DNA from: a bacterium
Lineage (GTDB): Bacteria > Zhuqueibacterota > Zhuqueibacteria > Residuimicrobiales > Krinioviventaceae
Length of the DNA: 64,000 nt
Assembly (NCBI GenBank): GCA_963674595.2
Contig: CAXXFV010000023.1
Location: forward strand, 192,001 to 256,000
Direction of reading: 5' to 3'
The notes below the pieces were generated by a model that saw nothing but the letters and a program-made list of their open reading frames with translations, was not told the origin of the DNA and ran no database searches. This document shows, in pieces, positions 20,274 through 29,565 of the stretch (its first letter is position 1; each line of letters begins with the position of its first letter). The position numbers were made by a program, and so were the translations under genes.

Positions 20274-21101
20274 ATGAAACAATTGCGTACATGTGAAACA
20301 TTTTTGGCCAGTGTTGTCCTGTTGGTCATACTCCATTTGTTGTTTTTCCCTATGTATTCCGACATTTTAAAGGCACAAAACCTTGACGGAAAACCGATTG
20401 TTGTTTCTCATTATCCGGTTACCAAGGCTTACCAGGGAAAAGCCTTAAACATTATTGCATTCGTCGCTGCTGACGCGGCAGTTGCAAAAGTGACATTAAA
20501 TTTGACATCTAATGGTAAAACCATTAAAGGGGCTGTTCCCCATCAGAGTAAAATGGGTGTTGTGCCTGTTATTGTGCAGGCCGATCAGGACCTTATCGTT
20601 TATTCAGGACCCGGCATAAAATATCGTGTCCGTGGTGCTGTTAAAAAAGGAGAGCAGGTGTATGTAAACAGGATTCGAGATGGTTATTACCGGATCCAAT
20701 CTGCTATTGGTGTCGTCGGTTATGTTGATGCCGCCCTGACAAAGGTGGTTAAAACCGGAAAAGCTTATGGTGTTTCGGTCCCGGCCAGTATGACGAGTGC
20801 GGATTATTTGACATACCAGATAACAGCGGTTGATGCATTGGGGAATACGGTTTCTACTGATTTAATTCAAACCCGTTTATTGACAAATGAAGAAGTTTTG
20901 GCCCTGCAAGGTGGTAAACAAAAACAGGTGAAAAAACAGCCAAAATCCGGACAGGAATTATCTTCTCAAAAGTCTATATTCGCAAAGCCTCTATTTTGGC
21001 TTGGACTTGCAGCGGTTGGCGGTGGAACTTATTATTTAGTCAGTCAGCAGGATTCAAAGGATAAAGAAGCTGAATTTAATATTATCCTCGATACTGAATA
21101 A
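20274..21101 (+). CDS. Exported SH3b-in-Ig protein (paralog 2) with C-terminal Gly-rich hydrophobic helix
   Basis: LIVYSGPGIKYRVRGAVKKGEQV...YYRIQ...VGYV SH3b; C-terminus KPLFWLGLAAVGGGTYYLV...AEFNIILDTE; ATG 20274 follows GGAGG (the ORF is open from 20223). Confidence 0.7.
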   Translation: MKQLRTCETFLASVVLLVILHLLFFPMYSDILKAQNLDGKPIVVSHYPVTKAYQGKALNIIAFVAADAAVAKVTLNLTSNGKTIKGAVPHQSKMGVVPVIVQADQDLIVYSGPGIKYRVRGAVKKGEQVYVNRIRDGYYRIQSAIGVVGYVDAALTKVVKTGKAYGVSVPASMTSADYLTYQITAVDALGNTVSTDLIQTRLLTNEEVLALQGGKQKQVKKQPKSGQELSSQKSIFAKPLFWLGLAAVGGGTYYLVSQQDSKDKEAEFNIILDTE

Positions 21102-21151
21102 TAAATTTAAATCGATCAACCTTGTTTTGCACCTTTTGAAGGAGTATAATT

Positions 21152-22243
21152 ATGAAATTCTATCATAAATTTTTAGTGCTGGCTGTTGCTCTTGTTGTTG
21201 GATTATCCGGTTGCAGTTCCATCTTTTCCAATGATGACGATGATAAACCGATAACCATAAAATTAAATGTTAAACTACCGGACGCGACCAAAGTGGAATT
21301 TATAATAAATGCCGTTTTTGTTGAGGTCACAGCCGCTGATATACAAAAAGTATCAGCAAAACTTACGATTAAAGACAGCATGGCGACCGGTTCAATTGAA
21401 GTAAAACCGGGAAATGACCGGACATTTACGGTCATCGCATATCAGGATACGGTTGCCGTCCTTTCGGGAAGCAGCACGAGCAATGTTGAAGCTGATAAAA
21501 AAGTCAACATTTCCATCATTTTGAAAAATATTACCAAATCATTGAATGTTCAAGTGCCTTTACCATTGATTAATGCAACAAAAGCAATGTTAAAAATCAT
21601 CGGTATTGGTATGGACAGCGTCGAACAGGAATTGACAATTACCGATGGTGTTGCCTCCGGAACAGTGGATGTGCCGGCCGGACCTTCGAGGACTTTTGTG
21701 ATATCGGTTTATAAGGACGGTCTGGCAGTATTAAACGGTCAGTCTGTGATAAATGTTACAGATAAAACCGGGGATATAAATATTAATTTGGATCAGTATC
21801 TTGTTCCTGCCATACTTTTGACGGCAGATAAAGCAACAGTCGCGGTAAATGACCTTGTGACAGTTTATTTAAGCGCCGCAAATATGACGGATCTGGCAAC
21901 TTTTGGAGCGCAGGTCCAGTTTGATAATACAAAATTTATGGTAACTGATTTGGGACGTGAAGATGCGTTTCTCACCCAAAACGGGGGGAGTGTAAATCAA
22001 CTCGAATTTAAAAAGGATAATGTACAGGGAACTGTTGATATTATTTTAGGTATATTTCCTGCCTCTGCGGCTGTAAGCGGATCGGGAAATGTGGCGAAAA
22101 TTGTTTTTAAAGCGTTGCAATCTGGTACTTTTGATATTACCTTGCTGCTTGATACGAATGTGGATCCGGACTTGGGTATTTATGATAAAAATGCAACCTT
22201 AATACCATCGCTGGCTGTAAACAGTCAGATTACAGTTCAATAA
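21152..22243 (+). CDS. Lipoprotein with two tandem Ig-like repeats and a C-terminal cohesin domain
   Basis: Lipobox LSGC; repeats ATGSIEVKPGNDRTFTV / ASGTVDVPAGPSRTFVI; cohesin motifs VTVYLSA..DLATFGAQVQFDNTK...SGSGNVAKIVFKA. Confidence 0.8.
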   Translation: MKFYHKFLVLAVALVVGLSGCSSIFSNDDDDKPITIKLNVKLPDATKVEFIINAVFVEVTAADIQKVSAKLTIKDSMATGSIEVKPGNDRTFTVIAYQDTVAVLSGSSTSNVEADKKVNISIILKNITKSLNVQVPLPLINATKAMLKIIGIGMDSVEQELTITDGVASGTVDVPAGPSRTFVISVYKDGLAVLNGQSVINVTDKTGDININLDQYLVPAILLTADKATVAVNDLVTVYLSAANMTDLATFGAQVQFDNTKFMVTDLGREDAFLTQNGGSVNQLEFKKDNVQGTVDIILGIFPASAAVSGSGNVAKIVFKALQSGTFDITLLLDTNVDPDLGIYDKNATLIPSLAVNSQITVQ

Positions 22244-22292
22244 GTAATATTTGGCATTTAAAAGTTAATTTTCCCTAGTTAGGAGATATACG

Positions 22293-25200
22293 ATGAAAAG
22301 AATATTATACCCGGTTCTCTTTGTATTAACCGTTTTATTGATTTATTCGATACCGTCTTTTGGACAGGTACAAGAAAAAGCTATTGATAATAAAGCATTG
22401 GAAGTTGGTCAGGTCAATCATACATTGGCTGAACAAACTATTGTCGGCGATTCACTAAAAATTAAGGTATGGGACAATCTGCAAATGCAGATTTGGAAAT
22501 GGCAGGATGGCGCGTGGAGTCATCAGGTGTATGAACCATATGGAACAGATCCCGCTGGTCATAAAGGTTTTAAATTATTTTATAATGAAAATAATATGGC
22601 CTCTTATTATACCGGTAATGAACCCACACCGGTTTCCAACACCTTGACGGATGATCATACCATTGTCAGTGTTGTTGAAAAGGACAATATGCGAATAACA
22701 CAAACGGTGACCTATGCAAACGGACAAAATTATTATTCGGTCCGATGGGACATTCAGAATAATACATCATCGGTTATCGATTCGGTCAAGTTTTTGGCTG
22801 GTGAAGACACCTATTTTGCCGGAAGTGATAACGGCATGGGCTATTATGATGCCAGCAGAAAAATGGTCTATGTAAAAAATACCCAGGGCGGTGAAACCGG
22901 CATTATGGGCTTTTATGGTATAGAACCAACCCCGGCAACGAGTTATATAGAAGCATATTATTCAAATGTTAAAGTCGCTGTTGCTGCCGGTATTTTACCC
23001 AATACTGTTAATCCTTTAAATGTTGATGCCGGGTATGCACTTGGCTGGCGAATGAATAATATGGAACCGGGACAAACATGGACGATTTATGCCCGGGAAG
23101 TTTTTCAAAATGTCGCATTTGATGATGAGCCGCCATCCGTAACTGTTAATTCTCCAAATGGCGGTGAAACCCTGTATGCCGGTGTAAATGCATCCATCAA
23201 TTGGACCGCTACAGATAACAGATCTGTTGAACAGGTTGATATTTATTACTCAACAGATAATGGCGAAAATTATACAAATATAGTATCCGGTTATGCAAAT
23301 ACATCACCCTATACCTGGGCTGTTCCGGAGGGCCTTTCTTCATCACAATGTTTGGTTAAAGTAACGGCTTATGATGCATCTTTTAACTCTTCCACCGATG
23401 TAAGTGATGCTGTATTTACAATTTCAGAGACAGCGCCGTCAACGACAATGACTGCTGAATATGGACCCCCGACGGTTGCTAATGAATGGCAGAAATTTAC
23501 CATACCTCTTACACATACAAGTTTCGGAGTAGATGAAGCGACTTTTGAGTATATCTTGTCCAGTGTTTACCAGTTCAGGATACGCACGGAAATGCATTCC
23601 GGTGATGATGTTGGTTCATTGGATGATGTAACGGTTGGAACGTTGTATTCCAGTGATTTTGCTTCCGACCTTGAAGGTTGGAGCGCTGCCGGTGACGGCA
23701 CCATGGGATGGGTAGCCACAGGTGGTGTTTCAGATGGTTATTTACAGGTCAATGACTGGGCATCCGGTGACTGGCACTGGGCTGTTGCACCGGCCGGCTG
23801 GATTGGTGATTGGCGGGGACAAATTGGCAACAATATAGAGTTTTATTTTAAAACAGATCATCCTTCTTCTGCAGCCTATGTTGAAATAAGTCGTGATGAA
23901 TACAATCGTCTGGTACTTTCTGCAGATCCGCAAACATTATCTGCCGGAGGAAACTCAACAGTTCGGGTTACTGCTTATCCGGCGCCGTCTACTGATTTAA
24001 CCATTGGATTGAATTCTTCAGACACAGGTTGTATTGATGTTCCGGATAATGTCGTTATTAATGGCGGACAAAGTTACGTTGAATTTACAGCCGGCGCTGT
24101 TGGCGCTACCGGTGGCTGCAGCTCTGTGTTAACGGCTACAGCGACGGACTATTCTACATCACGTTTAACATTAAATGTACAGGAAGGATCTGCTTCCGGC
24201 ACAGCGACTTTAACGGGCCGTGTTACCAGCGCTACGACCGGAGATGGTATTCCGAACGCTACGGTTAGAATCGGTGATTTAACAACGACCACCAATGAAA
24301 ATGGTGATTTTACGTTAACAAATGTACCCATTAGCGGCGTCTCTGCAAATTTCTCAGGAACACCTCAAAGCGGAACAGCTCCGTTAACAGTTCAGTTTAC
24401 GGACTTGTCGAGCGCCGGCTATCAAACCGTTCAGGTTTCTGCAGACGGGTATATCAGTTCTGAAACGGCTGTAGTTTTGACCGGAGGTGGAACCGTAACA
24501 CAGGATTTTTCACTTTCACCAACGTTAACCGATGATGAGTTCAGACTGGTTTTAAACTGGGGTGAATCACCGAGTGATTTGGATATTTATTTAAAAACTC
24601 CCGAGATTGACGGCACGGAATATGTCATTTCCTGGCAGAATGAGGGGACGTTAACAGCAGCCCCGTGGGCGGCTTTGGATCATGATGATATGTACAGCTA
24701 TGGGCCGGAAACTATTACGATAAATAAGGTATCCGATGGTACGTATAAATGCTATATCCATAATTATTCCGGATCACCGGACATCTCTACGTCAAACGCC
24801 GTGGTCCAAATTTATGGCAAGACTGGATTATTGAATACAGTTACGATTCCGACAGTTGGAACAGGGCGTTATTGGCATGTCTGTGAAATTGACGGCGCTA
24901 CCGGAAATATATCCATAACCAATACGATTTCCAATGATCCTCCGGCCATGCCGGGCTTTGAAATGCCGGTTTTGGCTGAGAAAAAAGTACAACCAAGGGC
25001 ACGCGGTATTGCACCACAAACAAATGATATTGTTTCCTGGCAGTGGGATTTTGAAAACGACGGTATGTATGATTCGGAACTTCAAAATCCGTCACATGTT
25101 TACACAACATCAGGTTACTATTCTGTAAAGTTACGGGTATTCGATGGAACCGACTATTATACCCGTGTTAGAGAAGAGTATATTCATGTTATTTCTTCCA

Positions 25201-28200
25201 GCGAACCGGGAAGTGGCTTAAAAGTTAATATCAGCAGCATTGATGTGACCGGTTTTCCATTGGTAAAATGTTATACTTCTGTTTTGGACTCTGCAACACT
25301 CAGCCCGATAACGGGATTGACATCAGCCAATTTTGCCGTTAAAGAAGACGGTACAACCGAGTCTCCCATTACCGTTGAAGAGGTTTCTTCGGAAACAGGC
25401 GGTAAAGCAGACATTGTTTTTGTATTTGATGTGACCGGCAGCATGGGCGGCGAAATTAATTCGCTTAAAGCTAAAGTACTTGATTTTGCCAATGCCCTGG
25501 AAAGTCGGGGTATCGATTACAGACTTGCACTGGTGACCTATGGTGATAAAATTCGCGATGTTTTTGATTTTACGGCCGATGCAGAAGAGTTTAAAACCTG
25601 GGTGGAAGGTCTCAGCGCTTCCGGTGGTGATGATTCAAAAGAGAATTCTTTAGAGGGTCTGGCGCGTGCTACAGACCTCAGTTATAGGGCAGTGTCTCAA
25701 CGATTAACAATTTTAATTACCGATGCAGATTATCACGAAGCCGGCGAAACCGGAAATGGTACCACAACTTATACCACAGAAACCATGGTGGAATTATTAA
25801 AGAGCAAGAGTATCGTTAATAATGTTGTCGGACCGGACTATACACAGTATCATCAGCTCGCAGAAGATACGGGCGGACTGTATTTTAATATTTCAAGTGA
25901 TTTTGAAACAATTATTGATATGCTCGGAAATATTATTTCCTCTCAATATATCGTTTCCTATACCACACATAATACCTCTGTTAATAATACCTGGCGATAT
26001 GTTAATGTAAATGCCACATCATCCGCTAAAACCGGATATGATGACGGCCGTTATTATATCGGCACAGCTACAGATAATGTTTCCTCATTTTACGCCTATG
26101 CTGTTGATTACAGTCATATTGTGTGCCGCTGGTATAATCCGGCGGATACGACCTTTTCCGGCGTTCGGGTATTACGTAAACAATCCGGATACCCGACAGG
26201 CCCGGCAGATGGCACGGTTGTTTATGAAGGCACGGCATCCGGTTTTATGGATAGCGGTTTGGACGCAAATACGCGTTATTACTATGGCGCCTTTGCTTAT
26301 AATCTTGCCGGTGTTTATTCGGCTGCCACCGTATATTCTCAGGATTGGGCTGTAACCTACAATGATGAGGAAATCGGGACCGGATGGAAAACACTTGCCA
26401 GTGGAACAACAAATGATCTTATGGCTGTTACAGGTGCCGATTCATTCTATGTGTGGGCTGTTGGAGATAACGGAACAAGTTTAAGATCAGCCGATGGCGG
26501 TTCAAACTGGGCAAATCATCCGACCAGTAATTCTACCGACCAGTTAAAAGATGTTTCTTTTGTCAGCCAAAATACCGGTTGGCTGGCTGGTGTCTCTTCG
26601 TCCGGGGCCGCATTGATCTATAAATCCGGTAATACCGGCGTGAACTGGTATTCCTGGAGCAGTAGCTCTTCTGCTGCCTTGTGGGCCAACTGTTATGTTA
26701 ATGATCTATACGGCTGGAATGTCGGTGCAAACGGAAAAATTGAAAAGACTGTTAACGGAGGTGGTTCTTATTCTGCATTGACCAGCGGTGTTACGGAAAC
26801 ACTGTACGATGTGTGTTTTATAAACAGTAAAACCGGTTGGGCTTCCGGTGCAAACGGTAAAATTATAAAAACCAGTGACGGCGGTAAAACATGGTCCGCA
26901 CAATCCAGTGGCGTATCGTCAATTGTTTACAGCATTCATTTTCAAAACGCATTTTACGGCTGGGCCGCAACAGGAGACGGCAAAGTATTACGAACAGTTG
27001 ATGGCGGTAATAGCTGGACCAGCTCAAGTTTAACCACGACTGCACTGGAAGGTATCCATTTCAGTGATCCTTTAAATGGTTATGTCGTCGGTGCCGGCGG
27101 AAAAATATATGGAACGACAGACGGTGGAACAACCTGGGAAAAAGAGGACGTCGCTGTTACCAATAATTTACACGATGTTTACCTCATTTCACCCTATTGG
27201 GGTTGGGCCGTTGGTGATAACGGAACTATTCTTCGTTTGCAAAAATCAAGTGCTGCCGATGCCTATAAAGGTTATCATGTAAACATTAGCAGTATTGATG
27301 CTGAAGCATTTCCTAAAATTAAATGCTTTGTTACGGTCATTGATACGACCGGTGGTGAATATGAGTTTGCAACCGGTCTCACAAGTGATCATTTTACATT
27401 GGCTGAAGACGAAACAAATGAATCACCGCTGACGGTTTCTCAGTTAAGCTCTTCATCCGGCGCACGTGCGGATATTGTGTTTGTGTTTGATGTTACCGGA
27501 AGTATGGGTGATGAAATTAACGGTCTTAAAGAACGGGCAGTAAATTTTGCCGATGTTCTCGCTGCAAAAGGCATTGATTACCGCCTGGGACTTGTAACTT
27601 TTGGCGATGAAGTTCAAGGTGTTCATGATTTTACGGATGATATTAGTGAGTTTAAAACATGGATCGAAGCACTCTCAGCCAGCGGCGGTGCAGATTCCAA
27701 AGAAAATGCTTTGGAAGGTTTGGAACGTGCGACAACACTCAGCTTCCGTGGAGTCACCCAGAAAATAGCGATTTTAATTACAGACGCCGACTACCATGAG
27801 GCCGGAGAATCCGGTGACGGTACCACAGACCAAACAACAACATCAATTATAACTTTATTGAATAGTCAGGCTATCGTAACCAATGTAGTTGGTAAAGATA
27901 TCACTGAATATCACCAAATCTCAAGCCAGACCGGTGGATTGTTCTACAATATAAATGGTGATTTTCAATCAATTGTCGATCAGATTAGTGACAGAATTTC
28001 CACACAATATGTTGTAACTTATACGACCCATAATTCCACAGCCGACAGCCGTTGGCGGGACGTCGCACTTGTAGTTCAAAACGGCACGTTGGCCGGTTAT
28101 GACAGTGGACAATATTATGTCGGCACTTCAAAATTGGCCATGAGCCCGACAAACCTGATTGGTATAGTAAACAGCACTTTTACCATTCAAATAAATGTGG

Positions 28201-29504
28201 AATCTATAATAAATCTTGGTTTGTGTAATTTAAAAGTCGCTTTTGAACCGGCAAAATTTGAGGTTGTAGAAGCCACAGCAGGAGATTTTCTCAAACAAGA
28301 CGGCGCTTCTGATCCGCTATTTTTGCCGACCATAAATAATGCGGCTGGAACCGTTGAAATTAATACAACGCGAATCGGAACAACCTCCGGTGCCAGCGGA
28401 AATGGTACATTGGCGACCATAAAATTTAAAGTGCTTTTGGAAAACTGTACCGGTGATCTTTCATTCGCCTCCGTGAACCTGAGAACTCCGGATAACGCGT
28501 CCATCCTTGTAACAACACAGGGAACACATATCGACGCGGTTGTATCAGCCGGATTGTTGGGCGATTTTGACAGCGATTATGATATCGATACGCGTGATTT
28601 TGCCCTGTTAGCCACCTATTGGAAACCGGCTAACTCCAGCACCGGCGACATTGGTCCGGCTTCAGGTACTCCGCCTACACTAACGCCTGCACCGGATGGA
28701 GTGGTTAATTTTGAAGATTTGTTTGTCTTTACCCGCATGTGGAACTGGTATCATGAAACGGTTACACCATCTCTGGCCAAAACCCTGGCCGGACAGACAC
28801 AGCTTGAATGGCGAATTGACAACAACTCTTCTAACACCAATAAAGTTTGTATCGATTTATGGGCTGAAAATGTAAACGATCTGTCGATGGGACACCTTGT
28901 TCTGAAATATGATGCCGCATCCTTAAGCGGACTGACTGTGAAACAGGGTCAGTTATTGACAAATGATAACAGCGGATTGGCATTCCTGGTTGATCAAAAC
29001 CGTAATGCCGGAGTGGTTGACCTGGCTTTTGCACGGTTACCGCAAAAAGGCCAGAATGCGGCTGTTCGCGGCAGTGGTGTTATCGCCCGATTTGAACTTG
29101 ACAAGCACCAGATAACAGGCAACTCTTTTATAGAACTGGAAACAGTTGATTTGAGAAATGTGGAAAATAACACGCTTTCCATCAATGCTATTCAGCCCTT
29201 GTCATTAAGTTCTGTTGAATTACCGACAAGTTTTTCACTGGATCAAAATTATCCAAATCCATTTAATAGTCGTACAACATTTCAATTTAAACTGCCACAG
29301 GATTCACCTGTTGTTGTTCAAATTATAAATATCCTTGGTCAACCGGTACGAACAATCGTCGATGGGCGGTTGGAAGCCGGTATCCATAAAGCAGTATGGG
29401 ATGGAAAAAATGATTATGGACAGGAAGTGGTAAGTGGTGTTTATCTTGTACGTATGAAAGCTGATAATTTTAATCAAACCCGTGAAATTTTATTCTTGAA
29501 ATAA
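22293..29504 (+). CDS. Giant secreted multidomain adhesin/scaffold (laminin-IV-like, carboxypeptidase-regulatory-like, PKD, YfaP-like, 2x vWA, FN3, YCF48-like propeller, cohesin-dockerin-cohesin, FlgD/T9SS-type CTD)
   Basis: Signal peptide; ADIVFVFDVTGSM twice; GWAVGDNG/KTSDGG..W propeller repeats; GDFDSDYDIDTRDF...DGVVNFEDL dockerin; QNYPNPFN CTD. Confidence 0.88.
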   Translation: MKRILYPVLFVLTVLLIYSIPSFGQVQEKAIDNKALEVGQVNHTLAEQTIVGDSLKIKVWDNLQMQIWKWQDGAWSHQVYEPYGTDPAGHKGFKLFYNENNMASYYTGNEPTPVSNTLTDDHTIVSVVEKDNMRITQTVTYANGQNYYSVRWDIQNNTSSVIDSVKFLAGEDTYFAGSDNGMGYYDASRKMVYVKNTQGGETGIMGFYGIEPTPATSYIEAYYSNVKVAVAAGILPNTVNPLNVDAGYALGWRMNNMEPGQTWTIYAREVFQNVAFDDEPPSVTVNSPNGGETLYAGVNASINWTATDNRSVEQVDIYYSTDNGENYTNIVSGYANTSPYTWAVPEGLSSSQCLVKVTAYDASFNSSTDVSDAVFTISETAPSTTMTAEYGPPTVANEWQKFTIPLTHTSFGVDEATFEYILSSVYQFRIRTEMHSGDDVGSLDDVTVGTLYSSDFASDLEGWSAAGDGTMGWVATGGVSDGYLQVNDWASGDWHWAVAPAGWIGDWRGQIGNNIEFYFKTDHPSSAAYVEISRDEYNRLVLSADPQTLSAGGNSTVRVTAYPAPSTDLTIGLNSSDTGCIDVPDNVVINGGQSYVEFTAGAVGATGGCSSVLTATATDYSTSRLTLNVQEGSASGTATLTGRVTSATTGDGIPNATVRIGDLTTTTNENGDFTLTNVPISGVSANFSGTPQSGTAPLTVQFTDLSSAGYQTVQVSADGYISSETAVVLTGGGTVTQDFSLSPTLTDDEFRLVLNWGESPSDLDIYLKTPEIDGTEYVISWQNEGTLTAAPWAALDHDDMYSYGPETITINKVSDGTYKCYIHNYSGSPDISTSNAVVQIYGKTGLLNTVTIPTVGTGRYWHVCEIDGATGNISITNTISNDPPAMPGFEMPVLAEKKVQPRARGIAPQTNDIVSWQWDFENDGMYDSELQNPSHVYTTSGYYSVKLRVFDGTDYYTRVREEYIHVISSSEPGSGLKVNISSIDVTGFPLVKCYTSVLDSATLSPITGLTSANFAVKEDGTTESPITVEEVSSETGGKADIVFVFDVTGSMGGEINSLKAKVLDFANALESRGIDYRLALVTYGDKIRDVFDFTADAEEFKTWVEGLSASGGDDSKENSLEGLARATDLSYRAVSQRLTILITDADYHEAGETGNGTTTYTTETMVELLKSKSIVNNVVGPDYTQYHQLAEDTGGLYFNISSDFETIIDMLGNIISSQYIVSYTTHNTSVNNTWRYVNVNATSSAKTGYDDGRYYIGTATDNVSSFYAYAVDYSHIVCRWYNPADTTFSGVRVLRKQSGYPTGPADGTVVYEGTASGFMDSGLDANTRYYYGAFAYNLAGVYSAATVYSQDWAVTYNDEEIGTGWKTLASGTTNDLMAVTGADSFYVWAVGDNGTSLRSADGGSNWANHPTSNSTDQLKDVSFVSQNTGWLAGVSSSGAALIYKSGNTGVNWYSWSSSSSAALWANCYVNDLYGWNVGANGKIEKTVNGGGSYSALTSGVTETLYDVCFINSKTGWASGANGKIIKTSDGGKTWSAQSSGVSSIVYSIHFQNAFYGWAATGDGKVLRTVDGGNSWTSSSLTTTALEGIHFSDPLNGYVVGAGGKIYGTTDGGTTWEKEDVAVTNNLHDVYLISPYWGWAVGDNGTILRLQKSSAADAYKGYHVNISSIDAEAFPKIKCFVTVIDTTGGEYEFATGLTSDHFTLAEDETNESPLTVSQLSSSSGARADIVFVFDVTGSMGDEINGLKERAVNFADVLAAKGIDYRLGLVTFGDEVQGVHDFTDDISEFKTWIEALSASGGADSKENALEGLERATTLSFRGVTQKIAILITDADYHEAGESGDGTTDQTTTSIITLLNSQAIVTNVVGKDITEYHQISSQTGGLFYNINGDFQSIVDQISDRISTQYVVTYTTHNSTADSRWRDVALVVQNGTLAGYDSGQYYVGTSKLAMSPTNLIGIVNSTFTIQINVESIINLGLCNLKVAFEPAKFEVVEATAGDFLKQDGASDPLFLPTINNAAGTVEINTTRIGTTSGASGNGTLATIKFKVLLENCTGDLSFASVNLRTPDNASILVTTQGTHIDAVVSAGLLGDFDSDYDIDTRDFALLATYWKPANSSTGDIGPASGTPPTLTPAPDGVVNFEDLFVFTRMWNWYHETVTPSLAKTLAGQTQLEWRIDNNSSNTNKVCIDLWAENVNDLSMGHLVLKYDAASLSGLTVKQGQLLTNDNSGLAFLVDQNRNAGVVDLAFARLPQKGQNAAVRGSGVIARFELDKHQITGNSFIELETVDLRNVENNTLSINAIQPLSLSSVELPTSFSLDQNYPNPFNSRTTFQFKLPQDSPVVVQIINILGQPVRTIVDGRLEAGIHKAVWDGKNDYGQEVVSGVYLVRMKADNFNQTREILFLK
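25218..28124 (+). repeat. Internal duplication of an about 280-aa vWA module (25218-26063 and 27273-28124)
   Basis: Both copies: VNISSID..FP..KC, ADIVFVFDVTGSM, GIDYRL, SKEN.LEGL, ILITDADYHEAGE, YTTHN...WR. Confidence 0.9.
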
Positions 29505-29534
29505 TTTCGCCTGATGTGCACCTACCATGAAACG

Positions 29535-29565
29535 AGGGTTAACCTGCAAAGGTTAACCCTTTTTT
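29535..29565. terminator. Terminator between convergent genes
   Basis: Perfect 11-bp stem AGGGTTAACCT-GCAA-AGGTTAACCCT followed by a T-run. Confidence 0.85.

Noticed and set aside
25218-28124. Duplicated segments as a DGR template/variable repeat pair
   Set aside because: Both copies are in-frame protein domains, differences are not adenine-specific, and no reverse transcriptase is present
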